Source: Macrostomum lignano
Taxonomy: Eukaryota
Assembly: GCA_002269645.1 (NCBI GenBank)
Contig: NIVC01002435.1
Location: forward strand, 17,149 to 81,148
Direction: 5' to 3'
Length of the DNA: 64,000 nt
Shown in pieces: positions 12,862 through 24,528 of the stretch. The notes beneath the pieces were generated by a model that saw only the letters and a program-made list of their open reading frames with translations, did not search any database and was not told where the DNA came from. The first letter of the stretch is position 1. Each line of letters begins with the position of its first letter. Position numbers and translations under genes: made by a program.

Positions 12862-13716
12862 TATTTGAGTGAGCCAAAAGTTTCTAAAATCTTTTTGAAT
12901 CCAACCTCAGTTAACTTTTGTATATGGAAAAGCTTAAAAGCAGCAACCATCTACTATGTTGTTGGATAGCCTAATCATCATTCTTTAGCTTAGCATTGCT
13001 CAGTTTCACTTGACTTAGCTGCAAGGAGGCTCCGTGCATCCAGAAACAGCGAGGAGGCATTGCTGCCCATTTTGCTAACCCCTGGCGACCACGGGCAGCT
13101 AGTGCTATGGTGTCGCGCAGGGAGTTCTGGTGGCGCTGGCATCCTCAGCATGGTCCCCCTCCGGAGAGTCCAGGAGGTGGATTGTCACTCGCCCAGTAGC
13201 TGTCTGGCCCTATTTTCTGGTAGGTCATCCCACATGGCATGGCTGTAAACACAGAGGTCATCTGCATGCAGCAAACCGGAGTAGGTTGCCCATTTGCTGA
13301 AATCTGTGTACCCGGGGCTCTGTGACAAGGTGTTTCTGTTTGACAATGCACAACCTCACAAAGCAAGACTCACCTAGGCCAAGCTGGCAAGCATGGGCTT
13401 CAGTGTTTTATCCCACCCACTATACTTGCTAGACCTCTTGCCATGTGACTACCACGTGTTTAGGTCCCTCTAGAGCTTTTGCAATAGACAGTGGTTCACC
13501 AACAAGCAACATGTAGAGCAGGCAGTGTAGAAATGGATAGATTCAAGGCCTGCAAGCTTCTAAAGGGAGGGGATTGAGGCATTGCCAGCAAGATGGGAAA
13601 GGGCCAGGGCCTTGAATGGCAACTACATCACATCACTGTAAACTGTTTTTTTTCTTGAGACTATTTGTTACAGTTTTCAAATGTTTAAATCCTAGAAACT
13701 TTTGGCTCACCTAATA
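12862..13716 (+). mobile_element. Old internally deleted mariner element with a degenerate transposase C-terminus (about 13225-13641)
   Basis: Terminal inverted repeats tatttgagtgagccaaaagtttcta (12862) and tagaaacttttggctcacctaata (to 13716), flanked by TA. Translation VFLFDNAQPH..HPLYLLDLLPCDYHVFRSL*..GIEALPARW..NGNYI is a decayed DDD-transposase end. Confidence 0.8.
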
Positions 13717-13728
13717 TAATATGTAGTA

Positions 13729-15059
13729 CAAGGGGTGCGCAAAAAGTTTTGGCAACTGGGTTCCCAATTGCAGATAAATTGTTAGTAAATCTTAAAACGT
13801 TATTTAAGTCCTTCTATGTAATCTCCGCCACGTTCTATGCATTTCTGGTGACGGCAGATCCATGCCTCAAAGGCAGCGCAGTACTCTGAAGCTGGCATGG
13901 TGTTCAGCTCTGAATTAATGTGGCGAGCCAGGTCTTGGGGCCGCTGAAAATGGCATCCAGCCATGCGTTCGGTCAGCTTTGGGAATGCCCAGAAGTCGCA
14001 GGGTGGCAAATCAGGACTGTACGGAGGGTGCGGTATCATTTTGAGCTTGTTATCGGCCAAAAAGCTCGTTGTCATGGCCGCAGTGTGGCTGGAGGCATTG
14101 TCATGGTGCAAGTGATTTCTGCCACTTTGGAGGCGGGTTGGCTGCTTTTCCATGACTGAAGCCACGACTTTAGGCAAAACCTCGCCAGTATAGAACGTGG
14201 CATTGACGTTCTGTCCATTTGGCACCATAACAACTGTCTCTGGCCCATTGATGCTGAAAAAGACGACAAACATCTGCTTCCTTGAGTGAAACCCTGGGTG
14301 CAGAACAGTTGGACGGTCTTCATCGGAACCAATCCAAACCTTGTTTTGGTTCTTGTGAGGCACTTGGAAGTAGTAGAACCACTTCTCATCACCAGTCACG
14401 ACATCAGTAAGTCATTTAGTGCCACCTTCGCCAAAGCATCACAGAAATTCTTGGCTGCATCAAACCCTCTCCTGCTTCTGCTCTGCTGTCAGTGCATGAG
14501 GTACCCAACGGGCCATGACCTTGTGGAGGCCAAGATAGTCATGCAAGATGGTTCAGACACTGCCATCAGAAATGCCGATTGTCTGGCTAAGTAGTGCAAC
14601 AGTGATATTGCGATCTTCGTCCACCAGCTGTCGCACAGCAACAATGTTCTGCTCAGTCACGGATGTCATTGGCCTCCCAGAATGAGGGCTGTTGGTCATG
14701 GAGCATCGACCAGCACTGACCAATTCAATCCAACGGGCGACGGTGTGGTACGAAGGGGCTTGATCTGCTACAACTTGGACTAGCTCGGCATGAATTTTGG
14801 TAGCATTTTCTCCAAGCTGCGATCGCATGAAAACATAAAATCTCCACTGATCAGCAGTGATATTTTCCATTTGAAGGCTGAAAACGAGACTATATGTTAA
14901 TCAAAATGCTCTAGGAAGCGAAAAAATCAATGCAATGAGCTGAAAATTTATGAACAAATGCAAAATATGGTCATATTTATGAAATTAAAAAATGACTACG
15001 TTTAAAGTTTTATTTAAAAAGTTATGAGCCAGTTGCCAAGACTTTTTGCACACCCCTTG
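13729..15059 (-). mobile_element. Full-length (1331 bp) Tc1/mariner DNA transposon, DD34D type
   Basis: TIRs caaggggtgcgcaaaaagttttggcaactgg and ccagttgccaagactttttgcacaccccttg; TA target duplications at 13727-13728 and 15060-15061. Confidence 0.95.
13800..14870 (-). pseudogene. Mariner transposase (356 codons), no frameshifts but four in-frame TGA stops
   Basis: HTH N-terminus; motifs ARWVPHALT, VTGDEKW, HHDNASSH and HPPYSPDLPPCDF with D-34-D spacing. TGA codons at 14553-14555, 14460-14462, 14439-14441 and 14412-14414. Confidence 0.93.
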
Positions 15060-16131
15060 TATGAAGCCAGCTATAAATATTATTGTTAATGCCATTGTGC
15101 TATGCATATAATTCTCAATCCTTTAGTCTGTTCACTAGACTTCCTCCCTAGTTTATCTAATAGACACCCCCTTAAAATATTAGTATAATATATAATGTAT
15201 GTATGATCTGCATCCATAGAACAATAGAACATAGTGGGGACTATATATTAGAGGTAGGCCTATGATTTTGATTCTGAATCTATAATTTCTAGATTTTTAA
15301 TTCCTAACATCCTAAAAAATCCTAGGATTATTAGGATCCCAATCTTATCCAATCCCAAAATATTTGACATTGTCTCATCTATATATTAATTCATAGATAA
15401 ATATTCTAATCTCATTCTTATATTTTCAAAAAATGATCAATCTAACCTCTATAAGATATTGTCCTATCCCTAGCTAAGGAATGCAAAATTAATTATATAA
15501 GCTGTTGATCTGCCTTGAAGTATAGCAAACAATTTGTATTATAATTATCTAAAGAACAACATCTTTGTAGTTTATTTTAATAAGAAATACCTTTCAGTTA
15601 AAAAGAAATATCTTATCTTTTATCCCTACTAATTTAGAGCTATTTTAAGTGGTCTCTTTTATGATATAGTGTTTACATTGACATAAAATCTAATTTTAGA
15701 TTATCACAAGATTTAAATCATGGAATATTTTATTAATGTGTTAAATATCATTAAATGTCATAAGATATGCTTTAAAACTCAAACTATAAATTTACATAGT
15801 GTTACTATTATTGGCATTTTAAATTTCAGACCATGATGCCAATGACATTATAATTTAATGGCAATCTATAAAGGGGATATGATTTATGAATTTCAGTCAT
15901 AGCCAATAAAAAATCTAGTTAAAGGTGCGCTAAGGACAAATACACCACCTTTAAAATGCATGAGCAAAAATGCAAACCTGACAGCCAAATAGTAAAGTCT
16001 CAAACTGTAATTATAGTGAATGCAAATATCAAGCAATACAATCTGTAAAGTCAAACATTTTGTCATTTGTCATTTCATGTAAATCACTGAGCCTGCTTCA
16101 GAAAATACAAAATTATTTACCATCAGTGGAG

Positions 16132-16762
16132 ATGCTAATTGTAAGTGCTATTCCATATTTACATATAATTTACAATATTGCCATTGTGAACCTGCTTTGC
16201 ACCAGAAATCTCAAACAAAAGCATATTGAGCTACTTATAGTAGTTCTCGTTAAGTTGAGCCAGCCCTAGCCTAGACTCCAATTCTCCAAAAACTGGCATT
16301 GCAATTCGCAGAAAAACCTCAGCCCGAATCCGGCCAACCCAGTCTACCTGGTGGAGTTCTGCAGCACCCGCCTGCTGCTGGACTGCCCGCTGGACTTTGG
16401 CCCCCTGCTGCGCTGCTGCCCCCGGCATCCGCTGCTTGTCGGCGAGGCATCGCATCAGCCAGCCGCCGAGGCGGAGGGCAAGGCGTGGCCAGGGGATTCC
16501 GCCAGGCCCGACGGTCTGGTGAGTTTGTGGAGCTTTGACTGTCAGGCTTAAATGCAGCTATAGAGCTGATGGTTTCCTTAATGGTAAAAATGCTATGCAA
16601 GTATTTAGCTTTTTTGTCAGAACATCGTGGGTGCCAGTTGGTAACCAGAGTAAGCAGTGGCGATAAAAATGTAGCGGTAGTAGTAGTAGTAGTGGTAGTA
16701 GTAGCAGCAGTAGTAGTAGTAGCAGTAGTAGTAGTAGCAGTAGTAGTAGCAGCAGTAGTAGC

Positions 16763-16802
<40 letters not shown>

Positions 16803-16868
16803 AGTAGTAGTAGTAGTGGTAGTAGTAGTTGTAGTAGCAGTAGTAGTAGTAGCAGTAGTAGTTGTAGC

Positions 16869-16933
<65 letters not shown>

Positions 16934-16934
16934 C

Positions 16935-16966
<32 letters not shown>

Positions 16967-16997
16967 CAGTAGTAGTAGTAGTAGTAGTAGTAGTAGC

Positions 16998-17032
<35 letters not shown>

Positions 17033-17033
17033 C

Positions 17034-17066
<33 letters not shown>

Positions 17067-17231
17067 TGTAGTAGTATTATTAGTGGTAGTAGTAGTTTTA
17101 GTAGCAGTAGTAGTAGTAGTAGCAGCAGTAGTAGTGGTAGTAGTAGTATTATTAGTGGTAGTAGTAGTTTTAGTAGCAGTAGTAGTAGTAGCAGTAGTAG
17201 TAGTAGCAGTAGTAGTAGCAGCAGTAGTAGC

Positions 17232-17277
<46 letters not shown>

Positions 17278-17343
17278 AGTAGTAGTAGTAGTGGTAGTAG
17301 TAGTTGTAGTAGCAGTAGTAGTAGTAGCAGTAGTAGTTGTAGC

Positions 17344-17413
<70 letters not shown>

Positions 17414-20400
17414 AGTAGTAGTAGTAGTGGTAGTAGTAGTTGTAGTAGCAGTAGTAGTAGTAGCAGTAGTAGTTGTAGCAGTAGTAGTAGTAGTAGTAGT
17501 AGTAGCAGTAGTGGTAGTAGTAGCAGTAGTGGTAGTAGTAGCAGTAGTAGTAGTAGTAGTAGTAGCAGTAGTAGCAGTAGTAGAAGTAGTATTAGTAGTA
17601 GTATTAGTGGTAGTAGTAGCAGTAGTAGCAGTAGTAGAAGTAGTATTAGTAGTAGTATTAGTGGTAGTAGTAGTTGTAGTAGTGTTATAATGTATCACTT
17701 ATTTATGATGTAATCTAGCTCAGGTCTCTCTAATAATTTTATCCGTAATTAATTGTCCCCTTCAATTTTAACTCCAAGTCCCACCTGCGGCTTTGTTACA
17801 GCCATTCAAAACCGTGGAAGGCGTGGAGCTCCTCGACGCACCACCCTGCGTGTCGATGCCCTTCAGCACCAAGGTGAGTCCAACTGAGGCCATTATTCAT
17901 GGCCTCTGCTTCTGTGTCGATCGCACTTTTACAAGCTAGTAGAATTTGTGCCAAACCCTTGCAGCACTGCCCTGTGGTGTGGAGCACCGTTGACGCCGTG
18001 CTCATTTCCAGCTACCACGCCATCCTGGGCATCCCCTACCTGACCGGCTGCACCGATTTTGCTGGCAGAATTTTTGCCACCGAGCCGTCTATCGAGTTTG
18101 GCAGGTGATTTTGCTTCTGCTGTCAATTCGTGACCCGTGTCTGAGGTGTTCTCAAGTCTGCACTTAGTTATTGCTCTGCTTGTTAACTTGTTTTTATAGG
18201 CAGATTCTGGAGGATTTGGCCAACTCGGTGGACCAGCTGCCTCACTGCGGCAAATTGGAGGACGTGGTGAAGCGACTCAGGTAGGCTATGAGCATATTTC
18301 TAATCGGATATGAGGCTTTAGAGCAATTGGCATTTTAACTGACTGCCAGTGAGATGGTATACCGACAGGCAGATATTGACATGGCTTGGCTACTGATACG
18401 GCTGACAGACATGTTGGCAGCTACTGACAAAGGAACTGAGAGCTTACTGTAACTGTCAGAACCCATCTGACACAGAATAGTATCTGTCAGAACCCATCTG
18501 ACCAGAAGAGTATCTGTCAGAACCCATCTGACACAGAAGAGTATCTGTCAGAACCCATCTGACACAGAAGAGTATCTGTCAGAACCCATCTGACACAGAA
18601 GAGTATCTGTCAGAACCCATCTGACACAGAAGAGTATCTGTCAGAAGCCATCTGACACAGAAGAGTATCTGTCAGAACCCATCTGACACAGAAGAGTATC
18701 TGTCAGAAGCCATCTGACACAGAAGAGTATCTGTCAGAACCCATCTGACACAGAAGAGTATCTGTCAGAACCCATCTGACGCAGAAGAGTATCTGTCAGA
18801 ACCCATCTGACACAGAGGAGTATCTGTCAGAACCCATCTGACACAGAAGAGTATCTGTCAGAACCCATCTGACGCAGAAGAGTATCTGTCAGAACCCATC
18901 TGACACAGAATAGTATCTGTCAGAACCCATCTGACACAGAAGAGTATCTGTCAGAACCCATCTGACACAGAAGAGTATCTGTCAGAACCCATCTGACACA
19001 GAAGAGTATCTGTCAGAACCCATCTGACACAGAAGAGTATCTGTCAGAACCCATCTGACACAGAAGAGTATCTGTCAGAACCCATCTGACACAGAAGAGT
19101 ATCTGTCAGAACCCATCTGACACAGAAGAGTATCTGTCAGAACCCATCTGACACAGAAGAGTACATGTATCTGTCAGAACCCATCGCCCCATCCTCCCTA
19201 GAGAGGCGGGCCACCCGCTGGCGGACCAGGCCGAGAACTGGATGCCGGTGTTCACGGCAGCTCAGGTGCAGTCAGCATTCGACAGCGTCCAGCGAGTATC
19301 GTTCAACCAGCGAGTCCAGCTGCTCAACGACCTGCTGCTCACCCCAGTCAGCTCGGGCTTCTGCATCGGCGGCTGCAACTGGCTGATCGAGAGCGACTTC
19401 CACAGAATGGCCTACATGTCCGCCTCTTCGCAGTGGACCTGCCACCCCCTGCCCATGAGCTGGCAGGCTCTGGTCGGCTGCGACCTGCTGCTGTTTAACG
19501 GGGCGTGCCTGCTGCCGGGCCAGACTCCCGACCGATCAGTGGAGGACATCTGCTCAGCTCTAGTGACCGTGCTCAGCCAGGTGAGTCCTGCTTTTGGCTG
19601 TGATGCTGAAATTGGCTGCTCAGACTGATTGGGGCTGCTCATTGACTGATTGGGGCTGCTCATGAATGATTGAGGCTGCCATGACTGATTGGGGCTGCTC
19701 ATTGACTGATTGGGGCTGCTCATGAATGATTGAGGCTGCTCAGACTGATTGGGGCTGCTCATTGACTGATTGGGGCTGCTCATGAATGATTGAGGCTGCC
19801 ATGACTGATTGGGGCTGCTCATTGACTGATTGGGGCTGCTCATGACTGATTGGGGCTGCTCATGACTGATTGGGGCTGCTCATTGACTGATTGGGGCTGC
19901 TCATGAATGATTGAGGCTGCCATGACTGATTGGGGCTGCTCATGACTGATTGGGGCTGCTCATGACTGATTGGGGCTGCTCATGACTGATTGGGGCTGCT
20001 CATGACTGATTGGGGCTGCTCATGACTGATTGGGGCTGCTCATGACTGTTTGGGGCTGCTCATGACTGATTGGGGCTGCTTATGACTGATTGGGGCTGCT
20101 TATGACTGATTGGGGCTGCTCATGACTGATTGGGGCTGCTCATGACTGATTGGGGCTGCTCATGACTGATTGGGGCTACTCATGAATGATTGGGGCTGGA
20201 ACTGACTGCTCATGATGCTTAGGCCCCTCACCCTAAATACTAACTGTCGCATCCCCATCCCGCTCGCGTCGGCACTGCAGGGCGGCAGCGCTCTGTTTCC
20301 CTGCCGGCCGTGCGGCGTGCTGTTCGACCTGCTGGAGTCCATCTCCAACCACCTGGACGCCAAGGGCATGCGCCGCTACCCCATGTACCTGGTCTCTGCC

Positions 20401-23400
20401 CGGGCCAAGAACAGCCTCAGCTTTGCGGACATCTGCGGCGAGTGGCTGTCAGCTGAGCGGCAGAAGCGGCTGTACACGGCTGATGTGCCGTTCGGGCACG
20501 CCGAAGTGAGACCCGCTTAGGGGCTGGCCTCTCTTCCGTTGCCTAATTAGGTCTATCTCTCCCAGTCTCCTCTCTTCCCCATCCCTTCCAATCTTATATT
20601 TTCCCATGCCTTCCAGTCCCCTCTCTTCCCCATCTCCTCCAGTCTCCTCTCTTACCCATCTCTTCCCATCTTTCAGTTCCCCTTTCACCTTATCTATCAA
20701 AATTTTTGCCCTCTACATCACCCAGTAAGTCTCTATGGACCTTAATATTTTATTCTCTACTCTCCTTCCCAGTCTCTAATGTTTTCCCATCCCTCTTGTT
20801 TTTACTTTATGTCTGCCTCGTGACTCACGCCTTTGCCCCACCTCCCCCCTCACCCAGATGCTTCAGCAGAACCAGCTCCAGCAGTTTTCCAGCCTGGGCA
20901 GCGACTTCGGCCGGCAGTGCAGCCAGCCCTGCATCGTGTTCGCCACCGACCCCTGCCTGCGCCTTGGCGAGGCCGTTCACCTGGCCGCCGCCTGGGGCCG
21001 CGACCGGCCCAACGCCCTGTTCCTCACCGATCCGCAGTTCGCCGACGTGCAGACCCTGGCGCCGTTCCAGCCGCTGGCGATGCCCGTGAGGATTCCCTGA
21101 CTACAGCTGCTTAATGTACAGTGTGTGCCCTCTGCCCCGCACTGTGCACTGCATACTATCACTTATCCCCAGTTTTATCGCAGTTTTATATCAGGGCCCG
21201 AGTGCCGAAAAATACCCTGGCTTACACTGTATATCCTCAGATGTCAGGGTCCCAGTGCCCCAATACCCTGGCTTATTCCTCAGATTTCGGGGTCCCAGTG
21301 CCCCAATGCCCTGGCTTATACCCTCAGATGTCAGGCCCCAGTGCCCCAATACCCTGGCGTATATCCTCAGATTTCGGGGTCCCAGTGCCCCAATGCCCTG
21401 GCTTATACCCTCAGATGTCAGGGTCCCAGTGCCCCAATGCCCTGGCTTATACCCTCAGATGTCAGGGTCCCAGTGCCCCAATACCCTGGCTTATACCCTC
21501 AGATGTCAGGGTCCCAGTGCCCCAATGCCCTGGCTTATACCCTCAGATGTCAGGGTCCCAGTGCCCCAATACCCTGGCTTATACCCTCAGATGTCAGGGT
21601 CCCAGTGCCCCAATGCCCTGGCTTATATCCTCAGATGTCAGGGTCCCAGTGCCCCAATACCCTGGCTTATACCCTCAGATGTCAGGGTCCCAGTGCCCCA
21701 ATGCCCTGGCTTATATCCTCAGATGTCAGGGTCCCAGTGCCCCAATACCCTGGCTTATTCCTCAGATGTCAGGGTCCCAGTGCCCGAATGCCCTGGCTTA
21801 TATCCTCAGATGTCAGGCCCCAGTGCCCCAATACCCTGGCTTATATCCTCAGATGTCAGGCCCCAGTGCCCCAATACCCTGGCTTATATCCTCAGATGTC
21901 AGGGTCCCAGTGCCCCAATACCCTGGCTTATACCCTCAGATGTCAGGGTCCCAGTGCCCCAATGCCCTGGCTTATACCCTCAGATGTCAGGGTCCCAGTG
22001 CCCCAATGCCCTGGCTTATACCCTCAGATGTCAGGGTCCCAGTGCCCCAATACCCTGGCTTATATCCTCAGATGTCAGGGTCCCAGTGCCCCAATGCCCT
22101 GGCTTATATCCTCAGATTTCAGGGTCCCAGTGCCTCAATGCCCTGGCTTATACCCTCAGATGTCAGGGTCCCAGTGCCCCAATGCCCTGGCTTATACCCT
22201 CAGATGTCAGGGTCCCAGTGCCCCAATACCCTGGCTTATATCCTCAGATGCTAATGCATCGCTAATTAGGAAGCTCCCTGTGCCCCTGACTTATATCCTC
22301 AGACGTTCACAGACCCTGGAGGTCATGCATCGCACAGAAATCCCCGGGGTCAATTTTCGGTCACGAGGCTAAGCCCCAAATTCAGGATCGTGTACTGGCC
22401 GTTTTGAACTGCAGGTTCACCGCTTCACTATGGACATGCGGATGCAGCCGTCTCAGGCTGCTGATGTGCTCAGCCTGCTCAGGTGCGGTCGCCTGGTGAT
22501 GCCGGAGGCCTATCGCCGCCTCGACTGCCATGGCGGCTGTCCCGTGAGCTACTCGCAGTACCTGTCAGTCATGCAGTTCCCTCTGGATTCGTCCGACCAG
22601 CTACTGGAGCTGAGCCCCGCTCTGGCCAGGACTGTCCGGCCTGTCCGGGTCGGAGACAGGCAGCTCGCACTGCTGGTATGTTGAGATACTGATTGTGACA
22701 CTGGTTGTGGCACTGGTTGTGGCACTGGTTGTGGCACTAACTGTTGCACTGACTATGACACTGGTTGTGATACTGACTGTGGCACTGGTTGTGGCACTGG
22801 TTGTGGCACTGGTTGTGGCACTGGTTGTGGCACTGGTTGTGGCACTGGTTGTGGCACTGGTTGTGGCACTGGTTGTGGTACTGACTGTGACACTGGTTGT
22901 GGCACTGGTTGTGGCACTGGTTGTGGCACTGGTTGTGGCACTGGTTGTGGTACTGACTGTGGCACTGGTTGTGGCACTGGTTGTGGCACTGGTTGTGGCA
23001 CTGGTTGTGGCACTGGTTGTGGCACTGGTTGTGGCACTGGTTGTGGCACTGTGGTCCATTAACTGTGGTACTTATTGTGGCACTGGTTGCGGCACTGATT
23101 GTAACTTTCCTCCTGCTGCTAGGAGGGCGAGGTGACCATGGGTCGCAGCGGTCGGCGCCGTCTGGAGCCGCTCTCCGAGGCGGCCAAGTCGTCCGGCTCC
23201 ACCGGCGGGGCTGTCGGCTTCGGCAGCGGCAGCGAGCTGAAGCCCCTGCTGGCCGCGGTGGAGAGCTCCCAGACGGCCAAGCCGCTGCTGACTGGCCAGC
23301 TGCGGCCGGAGGAGCTGGTGCGCCAGCTGCGCGCCAGGAACTTCCCCAGCGCCAAGCACGAGCTGGCAGAGGACGGCTCCTGGAGCATCTTCCTGGAGGT

Positions 23401-23518
23401 CGGGCACCAGGAGGCGCTGATCACGGGGTCGGCCGTGGCCACGCATGTCTACTGCGATGACGAGAAAATCCGGCTGGTTGTGCGCGAGTCGCTGCTGGCC
23501 TGTCTGGTGCTGGTTTGA
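16132..23518 (+). CDS. INTS9: Integrator complex subunit 9, about 665 aa. Exons 16132-16140, 16312-16518, 17802-17873, 17965-18104, 18200-18280, 19202-19580, 20281-20505, 20858-21085, 22415-22675, 23123-23518
   Basis: Colinear similarity to remembered INTS9: LLLDCPLD, STVDAVLISSYH..PYLT..ATEP, PVSSGFCIGGCNWLIES, FPCRPCGVLFDLLE, QPCIVF, LAPFQPLAM, KPLLTGQL, THVYCDDE.IR. Exons are phase-consistent and sum to 1998 nt. Confidence 0.93.
16676..17684. repeat. About 1-kb (TAG)n/(CAG)-interrupted trinucleotide microsatellite in INTS9 intron 2
   Basis: Continuous tagtagtag/cagtag run; source of the poly-V/S/T/L/Y pseudo-ORFs. Confidence 0.97.
18452..19184. repeat. 31-bp minisatellite, about 23 copies, INTS9 intron 5
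   Basis: Unit gtatctgtcagaacccatctgacacagaaga, with an internal inverted tgtcaga/tctgaca; the last unit merges into the 3' splice site at 19201. Confidence 0.95.
19623..20192. repeat. 20-bp minisatellite, about 28 copies, INTS9 intron 6
   Basis: Unit catgactgattggggctgct with a higher-order 60-bp variant pattern at the 5' end. Confidence 0.95.
21185..22250. repeat. 44-bp minisatellite, about 24 copies, INTS9 intron 8
   Basis: Unit ctcagatgtcagggtcccagtgccccaat(a/g)ccctggcttata(t/c)c. Confidence 0.95.
22694..23098. repeat. 12-bp minisatellite, INTS9 intron 9
   Basis: Unit ggttgtggcact, about 33 copies. Confidence 0.95.
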
Positions 23519-23673
23519 CACTACTGATAGTAGCTTGAATTTGGCGGCGCTAGAAATTAAACAAGTGCATTTGTTAATTTGAAATATATTTGTCAGATAT
23601 GCATTACTGATATGTATTATTGTTTCTTATTTATTGCTTGTAAAGGTATTTTTATATGTTGTAATTAGTGGAA

Positions 23674-24470
23674 ATAGATAAATAAGACAGCGGCACTGTG
23701 CAGTCATCAGTGTACATAGATAGATAAGACAGCGGCACTGTGCAGTCATCAGTGTACATAGATAGATAAGACAGCGGCACTGTGCAGTCATCAGTGTACA
23801 TAGATAGAAAAGACAGCGGCACTGTGCAGTCATCAGTGTACATAGATAGATAAGACAGCGGCACTGTGCAGTCATCAGTGTACATAGATAGATAAGACAG
23901 CGGCACTGTGCAGTCATCAGTGTACATAGATAGATAAGACAGCGGCACTGTGCAGTCATCAGTGTACATAGATAGAAAAGACAGCGGCACTGTGCAGTCA
24001 TCAGTGTACATAGATAAGACAGCGGCACTGTGCAGTCATCAGTGTACATAGATAGAAAAGACAGCGGCACTGTGCAGTCATCAGTGTACATAGATAGATA
24101 AGACAGCGGCACTGTGCAGTCATCAGTGTACATAGATAGATAAGACAGCGGCACTGTGCAGTCATCAGTGTACATAGATAGATAAGACAGCGGCACTGTG
24201 CAGTCATCAGTGTACATAGATAGATAAGACAGCGGCACTGTGCAGTCATCAGTGTACATAGATAGATAAGACAGCGGCACTGTGCAGTCATCAGTGTACA
24301 TAGATAGATAAGACAGCGGCACTGTGCAGTCATCAGTGTACATAGATAGATAAGACAGCGGCACTGTGCAGTCATCAGTGTACATAGATAGATAAGACAG
24401 CGGCACTGTGCAGTCATCAGTGTACATAGATAGATAAGACAGCGGCATTGTGCAGTCATCAGTGTACATA
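23674..24470. repeat. 42-bp minisatellite, about 19 copies, between INTS9 and SNX4
   Basis: Unit gacagcggcactgtgcagtcatcagtgtacatagatagataa. Confidence 0.95.
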
Positions 24471-24528
24471 CAGGTCGATAGTTGGGTCAGCATTAATTTT
24501 ACAAGCCTGGAACTTCCACAACCGCAGC

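Noticed and set aside
16319-17713. Long poly-T/L/V/S/Y ORFs (up to 459 aa)
   Set aside because: Translations of the (TAG)n microsatellite inside INTS9 intron 2.
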